Source: Vulcanococcus limneticus LL
GTDB taxonomy: Bacteria; Bacteroidota; Bacteroidia; UKL13-3
Length of the DNA: 64,000 nt
Reading direction: 5' to 3'
Assembly (NCBI GenBank): GCA_943361925.1
Contig: CALRIT020000018.1
Coordinates: 20,346-84,345, forward strand
Shown one piece after another: positions 40,455-48,507 of this stretch. Each line of letters opens with the position of its first letter. The first letter of the stretch is position 1. The notes under the pieces are model-generated. The model saw nothing but the letters and a program-made list of their open reading frames with translations. It ran no database searches and was not told where the DNA came from. The translations under genes were made by a program, and so were the position numbers.

Positions 40455-41213
40455 TCACTTGCAGTTGAATTTATAAGTGTAAAGTTTAGTTTCTTCTGCT
40501 TCATTAATAGAAGTTTGGTAAACAACACCATTTGTATCCTTCGTGTAAGTATAAATGATGAATTTATCTTCGGGTAAAATAACCTTCTTAATTAGATTTC
40601 TACTAGCAGGAATTAAATTTTCGGCTTCTTGATTTGCTAAGAAGTAATTTACTGAATCACTATAATATTCATAGTTTTCTTCATTTATATCTTCTTCATA
40701 TTCCGTTGTTTTTTTTAAGAGATTTCCCTTGTCATAAACATAAGTTGTTATTTCTTCAAATGGAACATTTGCAATTGTTCCTGTAAGGGTTTTTTTAATA
40801 ACAAAACCATCAGAATTAAATTTGTGGTAGGCCTTAAGATTTACTATTCCAAGGTATGTAACCCAAACACTATCTGCATAACCACTTTTATTAATATAGT
40901 GTTTGTATATATAACCATTTAAATTACTTTTTACTTCAATATAATTATTTACTTTGGTGTAAGTAATAATTTCGTTGGTTCTTGAATTTACTTTTTGAAT
41001 TTCTTTTATAGTTTGGTCTTTATTAAAAACAAAATTAGTTTTCAAATTTCCTTGTTCAAGCTCTGAATAAAAGCATTTATTAATTATAGGTGGAATGATG
41101 GGTTTAACAAGAACCTCATTTTCGTCTCTTTTACAAGAAATGTTATTTATTAATACAAATAAAATGATGAGTATTTTGTAGTTCTTCATAATCTGCGAAT
41201 TATTAACTTGCAC
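40455..41213 (-). CDS. Hypothetical lipoprotein with YD-repeat-like beta-hairpin motifs
   Basis: Signal peptide ending in a lipobox-like NNISC. Y-rich repeats include TYVYDKGNLLKKT, which resembles a YD-repeat consensus. No family recognised. Confidence 0.6.
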   Translation of the reverse strand: MQVNNSQIMKNYKILIILFVLINNISCKRDENEVLVKPIIPPIINKCFYSELEQGNLKTNFVFNKDQTIKEIQKVNSRTNEIITYTKVNNYIEVKSNLNGYIYKHYINKSGYADSVWVTYLGIVNLKAYHKFNSDGFVIKKTLTGTIANVPFEEITTYVYDKGNLLKKTTEYEEDINEENYEYYSDSVNYFLANQEAENLIPASRNLIKKVILPEDKFIIYTYTKDTNGVVYQTSINEAEETKLYTYKFNCK

Positions 41214-41368
41214 ATTAATTTACAGTAAATTTTACTTGAATTAACAATTAAATAACCCAGAATATCTTCTCTAAAATATCTTATTGTTAAGTTTCTTGTT
41301 TTGCTCATTCTTTGTTTCATGAAAATTAAAGTTGCCCTATTTTGCAGGTTCTATTTAATTGGTTATTT

Positions 41369-42055
41369 ATGTTGAATAAGGCATGGTTTATTATTTTTTT
41401 ATGGATATTTTGTTTTGGAGATAATTTGTTGGCTCAAAAACAAGAATTCAGTTTTAAACAAAACTCAGCAGTTTCTTTAAATCTTTCAACATTGGGCGTT
41501 GGAGCTGCTTTTCATTTGAAATACAATGATGCTGTTGTTTTTAGAGCAGGATTTTCAAGAGGTAATTTACTGTTAACTTATAATACTTCGTACAACAATA
41601 CTAATGTTGTAGTTGATACCAAATTTAAATTAGGAATGATTCATGCGTTTGTAGACTATTATCCATCCAGTAAATCATTATTTAGATTTACAGGTGGATT
41701 GGTTCGTAATTATAATGTGTACGAGGCAAAAGTTATCCCTGCTACAAGTCAAACTTACGGTTACATTACTTATAGTCCTGAACAATTGGGTAATATTAAA
41801 GTTGATGTAAAAGGTTCGAAAATAGTTCCATACATAGGTGTTGGATTTGGTTATCCAGTGCCTAGGAAAAAAATTAGTTTAGGTTCAGACATTGGCTTAT
41901 TTATTCATGGAAAACCTAAATTTAATATTCAAGCTTCAGGTGTATTTTCTCCAACAAATTCAGATGAAAATTTATCTGTACTTTCAGATGCATTCAGTCT
42001 ATGGAGTTTTTTCCCCTATTTGAATTTACATGTAAAATATCGCTTATTTAATTGA
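41369..42055 (+). CDS. Hypothetical small outer-membrane beta-barrel-like protein
   Basis: Signal peptide (from ATG 41369), alternating hydrophobic/aromatic strands with G-rich turns, and an aromatic-rich C-terminus (VKYRLFN). No family recognised. Confidence 0.55.
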   Translation: MLNKAWFIIFLWIFCFGDNLLAQKQEFSFKQNSAVSLNLSTLGVGAAFHLKYNDAVVFRAGFSRGNLLLTYNTSYNNTNVVVDTKFKLGMIHAFVDYYPSSKSLFRFTGGLVRNYNVYEAKVIPATSQTYGYITYSPEQLGNIKVDVKGSKIVPYIGVGFGYPVPRKKISLGSDIGLFIHGKPKFNIQASGVFSPTNSDENLSVLSDAFSLWSFFPYLNLHVKYRLFN

Positions 42056-42056
42056 T

Positions 42057-44012
42057 ATGAAAATCTCGAAGAAAGTCTTTTTGTCTGCATTATTTTTTTC
42101 TATGTTGATAGGTGCTTGTAAATTTCCAATGGAAAAATTACAAGATGTAGATTTAGACTTAAATGGCAATCTGGTAAATACTTTGGTTAAGGTTAAAATT
42201 TTAACTGAAGATTCAGTTCCTTCCGAAAAACTGAACTTTTTTATTTCCGGAAAAGATGCAAATCAAATCTTTGATTTAGAAGGCAAAACAAATTTTAATG
42301 CTGAAGGAGGTGAGATTAATTTAATTCTTGCACCAAATGCTAATCCAACTTCTGATAATCCAATTGTTTTTACAATTAATCTTGATAAACAAGGTTATAT
42401 TCCTATCAAACAGGATGTTTTTATTTTCTCAAAGGAACAAAGATTTACTGTTAATTTGGTCCTTAAAAAAGAATCTAATTTGCCTAATGATATGGCTACA
42501 GCTAAGCTGAATTTAGATTTTACTGGAAAATCTATTACAGATACTTTAAGTTTTATTTTTAAAAATACTTCAGGAATTCAGTTTACCTATAAATATCCTT
42601 TAAATGGATTGGTTTTTATCAAAAAAAGCACACAGAAGTTTAGGTATTCAGAACAATCTTACAATGTTTCTCAATTTGTTGAAGACACAAATTCAATATC
42701 AAAAGGGATAGAAAATGAGAGTTTTAAAACTTTAAATGATATGGTTCTTCAATCATATTCAGGTAATATATCTAATATCAATCCAATTAAACAAACGATT
42801 ACAACTAAATCAATTTCTGTAACAAATAAAGTGGGTTATTCTAAGCCTGGTTTAAATGATTTCTTTAGAAATGTCAATATATATGATACTATAGCAAAAA
42901 GCTCTGTTAATGCAGCTATTTTCGCTTCAACGAATTATCAAGAATCAGGTTATTATGATGAAACTGGGAACTATATTAATAAATCAACCAATTTTAATAA
43001 TTCAATTGGAATTCCTGAGGTATATTTTTATGATTCTAAAACAGGATTAGGTATTTCTCCTTTTTATTTAAATCTATCTGCCCCAGTAGTTGAAGTTACT
43101 TTACCTGAAAACAATTATACATTATTTGCAGATGGATTTTTCTTTTCTAGTAAATTGAATTCTTATTATCATATAAAAAGTGCTGTTAATTTAAGTAATA
43201 GTTTTTTATCCCTGGCAGATAATGGAAATTATAAACTGGTATTTAAAAATGATTTACTTAATGGAAGGATTTTTTTAAATAAGAATCAAGAGAAATCTTG
43301 TGGTTTTGCTAAGGTTTTATTGAAAATTCCGGGTTTTCCAATAAATAGAAATATCAATGGTTTATTAAGTGTAAAATCATCTAAGAATGAATTTTCATTT
43401 GAAATTGATGGTAAATCAACTGAATACAATTACATTTTTCCTGCATTCTCTAATTCATTAACTCAATTTGGTATTTTTTTAAATCACCAAGTGAATATTT
43501 GTAATGGAAATCCTCCTTTATTAAATGAATCTTTAGGTAGTTATAATTTATGTGATAACCTCAACACACCACTAACTTTAACAGTAAATTCTAATTTAGG
43601 AAATTTCGTAAATGTACTTCAAAATTATAAGGCTTTATCAGCTTCCGCGATTATTAATTGTCCTTCAGGAAATACAGTTTTACCTCCAACTATTGATTTA
43701 AAGTTCTGGAAATTAGGATGTGAACTTGGATCCACAGAGATTAAATTTGAAAATGGACAATTTTTTAATCCTGGAATTGTTGAGCCCGGAGCAACTTATG
43801 TTGTTAGATTTGATAAAGTTTTGGCCTCAGGTAAACCAGTTAAAGTTTATGATACACTTACCTTTGATACAAGTATTCCTGAAATGGTTGTTGAAGATAA
43901 AAAATATGGTTATTGGAAGGGTAGTTTATTCTACAGACCTTCTACCGGATTTGAACTAAGAGTACTTTTTGATAATAGAAAATTAAAGTATTCTATTCCT
44001 GGTTGTAAATAG
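42057..44012 (+). CDS. Hypothetical 651-aa surface lipoprotein (N/S-rich, unknown family)
   Basis: Lipoprotein signal (SMLIGAC). The start lies 1 nt after the stop of the upstream barrel gene. No recognisable catalytic or T9SS motif. Confidence 0.6.
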   Translation: MKISKKVFLSALFFSMLIGACKFPMEKLQDVDLDLNGNLVNTLVKVKILTEDSVPSEKLNFFISGKDANQIFDLEGKTNFNAEGGEINLILAPNANPTSDNPIVFTINLDKQGYIPIKQDVFIFSKEQRFTVNLVLKKESNLPNDMATAKLNLDFTGKSITDTLSFIFKNTSGIQFTYKYPLNGLVFIKKSTQKFRYSEQSYNVSQFVEDTNSISKGIENESFKTLNDMVLQSYSGNISNINPIKQTITTKSISVTNKVGYSKPGLNDFFRNVNIYDTIAKSSVNAAIFASTNYQESGYYDETGNYINKSTNFNNSIGIPEVYFYDSKTGLGISPFYLNLSAPVVEVTLPENNYTLFADGFFFSSKLNSYYHIKSAVNLSNSFLSLADNGNYKLVFKNDLLNGRIFLNKNQEKSCGFAKVLLKIPGFPINRNINGLLSVKSSKNEFSFEIDGKSTEYNYIFPAFSNSLTQFGIFLNHQVNICNGNPPLLNESLGSYNLCDNLNTPLTLTVNSNLGNFVNVLQNYKALSASAIINCPSGNTVLPPTIDLKFWKLGCELGSTEIKFENGQFFNPGIVEPGATYVVRFDKVLASGKPVKVYDTLTFDTSIPEMVVEDKKYGYWKGSLFYRPSTGFELRVLFDNRKLKYSIPGCK

Positions 44013-44906
44013 TAATTGATCTCATTAACTAGTTTTTTCTTACCATATATAGTTAATGGACTCTAATTATGATTTTGAATAGATTCGGGGTATTAAGATG
44101 CTTTAAACGTTTAAGATTTATTGTTTTAAAGTAATTATATTATTTTAGATAATTGAAATTACATGTCTTATTGTGTTAAAATATTTGAAGGCATAATTAT
44201 AATCTAATTTTTTTGTGATTACATGAATTGTAAAGGGCTTAAATTAACTTGAGCCGTTATAGCTTTTATTTTATTTGGGTCTTACTGAAAAAGTCTTAAC
44301 AAGCATGATTTATGCTGCTAGATGGGTAGTATTTCTAACTCATCAATTAGATAGAAAAGACATAAATATCCTTATTTCTGAATTAATATTTAAAATAGAA
44401 TTTTATCTATGGAAAAATTTTAAAGCAATAATTCTTTAAACCATAGATCTAAATTAGTAAAACCTAATTTAATTGACTGATATCAGCAATAATTAACTGT
44501 TTTCAAAGAACTCTAATTTTTTTAAATCTGATAAAATGAAATAGTCTTTCTTTTATAGGAAATATTGGCTTTTTATCAGAAGTGAACTATCATAGTTCAT
44601 TCATTTCAAACTTGCTTTGTTAGTTTGATTCGCTACACTAATAAATCATTGATCTTTAACTCCTAACTGCAGAATTCTAAGGAATAATCTAGGGTCAAGG
44701 ACCTTTACATGATTTTGATTTACCTAATATTGTTGGTAATAATAGTTTGAAAATTCTTCAATGGTTTTAGTAGATGTTATTTTTAAAATAACTTTTTACG
44801 AATATCTGCATGAATACCAGAAGTGGTTTTTGAAATTTAATTGCTCTATTCTGTTAATGACCCTGAAGGTGGTCAAATGTTTATAGAAAATGCTATAAAC
44901 CCAATT

Positions 44907-44957
44907 CCCCCAAACACCACCAGGCGGACCAAAGGTCCGCCTGGTGGTGTTTGGGGG
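44907..44957. other. Perfect 24-bp-stem, 3-nt-loop GC-rich hairpin (CCCCCAAACACCACCAGGCGGACC-AAA-GGTCCGCCTGGTGGTGTTTGGGGG) nested in outer 10-bp inverted repeats
   Basis: Read directly. The two arms are exact reverse complements. The outer inverted repeat is TTATAGAAAA (44881-44890) / TTTTCTATAA (44978-44987). No flanking T-run on either side. Confidence 0.9.
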
Positions 44958-45183
44958 TGGTGTTTCTTTGAATTTTATTTTCTATAATAATGTCATCCAT
45001 TCTGGATTATAAGAACTTACGAAAAGAAACATAATACCAATCATATTTCATTTTTTGAGGTTTAGTTTGATATTAATGAGTAATAATCAGCTATAAAGTT
45101 TTGAAAAATTTGGTTTTAGGTACAGAAGCGGATAGTCGAATAATTTTTTCAATGAATTCAAATTCTATTTAAAATTCATTCAA

Positions 45184-45215
45184 AAAAAAACGCCTCCCGA
45201 AGGAGGCGTTTTTTT
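45184..45215 (-). terminator. Strong intrinsic terminator of the 1053-aa T9SS protein gene (bidirectional design)
   Basis: AAAAAAACGCCTCC-cgaa-GGAGGCGTTTTTTT, about 20 nt downstream of the stop at 45236. Confidence 0.85.
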
Positions 45216-45235
45216 AATATTTAGAAAATATCTAA

Positions 45236-48200
45236 TTATTTCTGAACTGAAATTTTAGTGATTTTGCTTTCTGCACCAACACTTACTTTTACGAAGTAGA
45301 AACCAGTCATTAAATCATTGTTATTGATTTCTGTGCTGATATTACCTTCGTTGTTAGCAACTGAGTAAGAAGCAACTACTTGACCCATCATGTTAACGAT
45401 TTCAACTACTGCATTATCTGTAGTGTTTGATGAAATCATAGAAACATTGAATGAACCATTGTTAGGATTAGGATAAACTGTGAAGTTTTCATTGCTGATT
45501 TCTTCAGTACCTTCTTCTGTTAATTCAACACCATTGCTGTTTTTAGTTAAAGCTACATTTTTAGCAATTTTGAAAGTTTTAGCAGTACCATTTCCACAAA
45601 GTGAATTTGCTCTTACTACAATAGTTCCAGATTTGAATGTTGATTTGAATGATAAAGAAATAGTATTAGAAGAAGTAGTAACAACTTTAGTTTTACCAAC
45701 TAATGATACTGAACCAGAATTAACTATGTAATTAGAATCTAATGTCCAAACATAAGAAGAAGCAGTTGAACCATTAGTTAATGAAGCTGTGAAAGTAACT
45801 GGAGCACCAGTTGTATCAACAACACCACTGCTAATTACTTTGTAAATTAAAGGAATAGATCTTTTTACTGAAACGCTAAATGCTAAACCAGTACCAGCAT
45901 TGTTGTAAGGAGTTGCTTTAATTGCGCCAGTTGTGAATGAAGGATTGAAAACAACACCAATAGAAGTAGCAGTTGTATAAACCGATTTAGTTGAATCAGA
46001 AACCGGGATACTGTTTGAACCTACTCTAGAAATAAATGCATTCTTAGGAACATCAAATTTGTAACCAACTGCATTGAAAGTTGTAGCAACAACTGAATAA
46101 TCATATTCAGCTGAAACACCAGAAGTAGGAGTGATGTCACAAGTATTTGTCCATAAAGGATAAGCAGTAACAACAGCGCTATTAGAAAGGTTTGTTGAAG
46201 GAGCTAAGCTAACTAAGAAGTTAGTTGCATCGATCACTTTAGTAACTAAAGTACCAGCTTTGAAAACACCATCACCAGAAGTAACAGCAACTGACATACC
46301 TTCAGCTAAACCTGTAGTAGATGAAACCGTAACTAAAGTAGATAAATTTGTTGCACCAGCAGCTGAAACATAATTAGCAGTTGTGTTTTGAGCAACTTTA
46401 AATCCAACTAATACTGCGTTTGCAACAATAGCTGTAGTAGGTCCAACTGAAACTGTAAATTGAGTTCCACTTACAATTGAAGCTACTCTAGCGCTAGAAG
46501 AAATTGCACCAGCACCAGTACCAGCAATAATTTTAACAATCATTCCAACTTCTAAACCTGAAGTGCTTGCAACATTAATAGTTGTTGCATTTACTGCTAC
46601 TGTTGAAGAAACTGTAGAAGTCCAAGAACCTCTATCGATTCCATTACTAGAATTAGAACGTAAAGCAGTGATTTTGAAAGCAACTGGTTTAGTTAAAGTA
46701 ACTTTTACTGAGTCCAAGTTAGATTTTGTAGCAGAAGCTGAGTTATTAGCAAAACATCTGATCATGTTTTTGCCAGTTGCAGGTTTGTAAGCAGTTGGGA
46801 AATTAACTACCAAAGTAGTAGTTCCTTGTCCAGAAACAATTACAACACCTGTAGGAACAGTCCATGTATAAGAATCAGCATTTGCTAATGCAGTTGCAGA
46901 AATTGAAACATTATCAGTTGATAATTTAGTAGCGATTTCTAATGTATCAGCAACGATATTAAATGTACCTAAGTTAATTTTAGTTCTAGGTTCAATGAAA
47001 GCATCAGTAAAATCTGCACCTGTTTCTAAAGCAGAACCAGTAGCTGGACGATAATCCATGTTGTAGTTAGAAGCAGCAATATTATCAACGAATAATCCGT
47101 TTGAAGCAGCTTGGTATGAGTTACCTGAGTTAGTGAACCAAGTAGTTAAAGCTGGTACAGCAACACCATTAACTGTAGTACCGAAAGATGAATTTGCTTC
47201 TAAACCATTATTTGTTGAACCATTTTTCATGCTAGCAAATACGTTGTTTTTAACAGCTAAGCTATTTGCGTTTGTAGCGCTCATAGCAGTATTGTAAGCA
47301 CAACGACTTCCATCAATAAAGATTGATTGTTGGAAATCTGTGAAAACTGAATTGAAAACTCTTAAGTTAGAGTTTCTACGAATACGCATAGCTCTTCTGA
47401 ATTTGAAAGAAGAACCAGTAGCAGTAACTAAATCATTTCTGTATGGACCGATAACAGTAATATTTGAGAAAACTGCATTTGTTTTAGGAGTGATTGTTGA
47501 GTCAGTACCAGTAGCTTCGTTATCTGATTCAAAACCTTCTGAAGTTGAACCTGAAGATTGGTCAGAAATTGCTCTATCACGTAATGATAAACCAAATTGC
47601 ACTGTACCAGAAAATCCATTATCTGTATCAAAATCGTCATCTACACAACGGTAAGCAACTAAATGAGAGCAATTTACAGTTCCACCAAACCATTCAAAAG
47701 CATCATCGTTGATGAATGAAACCTGAACGTGGTCAACTTTAGTTTTTCTTCCTACTGCACCTAAAGTTAATCCATTGATTTCTTTATCTACTGTGAAAAT
47801 ATAACCACCGAATTCAATTCTGCAATATGAAAATACTCCAGAATTATCTTCATCATTTGAACCTCCAAATGAATTGTCAGGAGATGCAGCTAAACCTTCT
47901 ACGTTTGCTGAACCACCAGCTCCATTGTATAGTGCATTACCTAAGATAATTACACCACCCCAATCGCCTACGTTTCTAGTTCCTGCAGCTTTTGATGATG
48001 TAAAAACAATTGGAGAACTTACAGTTCCTTGAGCATTAATTTTAGCTCCTTTTGAAATGATCAAACATGAGTTTGAAACGTTTGCATTTCCTAAAATAAC
48101 TGTACCAGCTTGGATAGTCAATGTAGCACCAGATTTAACGTAAATTGGTCCATTGATTTGATAAACTTTTGATGATAACCAAGTAGTGTTTTTTGTAATT

Positions 48201-48397
48201 GCAGCAGAAACCTGAGTTACTGGTAATCCTGAGCCATAAACAGTGTTTTGTGGGTCGAAGTTTGTCCAAGTGTCAGTCCACATACTAACTCCAGGTTGAA
48301 ATGCTCCTCTGTAACTTACAGATTCCAGCGTTCTCGTTTGTGCAAAACCAGCTAGTGCGCTTACACAAAGTAAAAATAAAGTTGAAATTTTTTTCAT
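45236..48397 (-). CDS. 1053-aa secreted surface protein: conserved N-terminal beta-helix-like module, three Bacteroidota PKD-like/Ig modules, two SH3-like repeats, T9SS type-A CTD
   Basis: Signal peptide. N-terminus YRGAFQPG..MWTD.WTNFDP followed by beta-helix-like strands and an acidic E.FGG / DDDFDTDNG segment. Modules of type SYTWTVPTGVVIVSGQGTT.LVV.F. C-terminal VYPNPNNGSFNV...GFYFVKVSVGAESKITKISVQK. Confidence 0.8.
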   Translation of the reverse strand: MKKISTLFLLCVSALAGFAQTRTLESVSYRGAFQPGVSMWTDTWTNFDPQNTVYGSGLPVTQVSAAITKNTTWLSSKVYQINGPIYVKSGATLTIQAGTVILGNANVSNSCLIISKGAKINAQGTVSSPIVFTSSKAAGTRNVGDWGGVIILGNALYNGAGGSANVEGLAASPDNSFGGSNDEDNSGVFSYCRIEFGGYIFTVDKEINGLTLGAVGRKTKVDHVQVSFINDDAFEWFGGTVNCSHLVAYRCVDDDFDTDNGFSGTVQFGLSLRDRAISDQSSGSTSEGFESDNEATGTDSTITPKTNAVFSNITVIGPYRNDLVTATGSSFKFRRAMRIRRNSNLRVFNSVFTDFQQSIFIDGSRCAYNTAMSATNANSLAVKNNVFASMKNGSTNNGLEANSSFGTTVNGVAVPALTTWFTNSGNSYQAASNGLFVDNIAASNYNMDYRPATGSALETGADFTDAFIEPRTKINLGTFNIVADTLEIATKLSTDNVSISATALANADSYTWTVPTGVVIVSGQGTTTLVVNFPTAYKPATGKNMIRCFANNSASATKSNLDSVKVTLTKPVAFKITALRSNSSNGIDRGSWTSTVSSTVAVNATTINVASTSGLEVGMIVKIIAGTGAGAISSSARVASIVSGTQFTVSVGPTTAIVANAVLVGFKVAQNTTANYVSAAGATNLSTLVTVSSTTGLAEGMSVAVTSGDGVFKAGTLVTKVIDATNFLVSLAPSTNLSNSAVVTAYPLWTNTCDITPTSGVSAEYDYSVVATTFNAVGYKFDVPKNAFISRVGSNSIPVSDSTKSVYTTATSIGVVFNPSFTTGAIKATPYNNAGTGLAFSVSVKRSIPLIYKVISSGVVDTTGAPVTFTASLTNGSTASSYVWTLDSNYIVNSGSVSLVGKTKVVTTSSNTISLSFKSTFKSGTIVVRANSLCGNGTAKTFKIAKNVALTKNSNGVELTEEGTEEISNENFTVYPNPNNGSFNVSMISSNTTDNAVVEIVNMMGQVVASYSVANNEGNISTEINNNDLMTGFYFVKVSVGAESKITKISVQK

Positions 48398-48507
48398 TTT
48401 TGATTTTTTAAAAGGTCCCCAAATTTCCTTTCCTTTTATTAATCAAAGAAAAAAATCGTATTAACTTATAATGATGAAATAGTTATTTACTTGTACTTTT
48501 TCTAAAA

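Noticed and set aside
44160-44190. dif/Xer recombination site in the ORF-free convergent region (TTATTGTGTTAAAAT resembles the TTATGTTAAAT arm of E. coli dif).
   Set aside because: The match needs an insertion and lacks the opposing arm with 6-bp spacer geometry. It cannot be supported without a clade-specific dif model or GC-skew data.
44891-44970. Integron attC site or CRISPR-type repeat as an explanation for the GC-rich hairpin.
   Set aside because: The flanks do not fit the attC R''/R' cores (RYYYAAC / GTTRRRY). There is no integrase, no repeat-spacer periodicity and no cas gene anywhere in the window.
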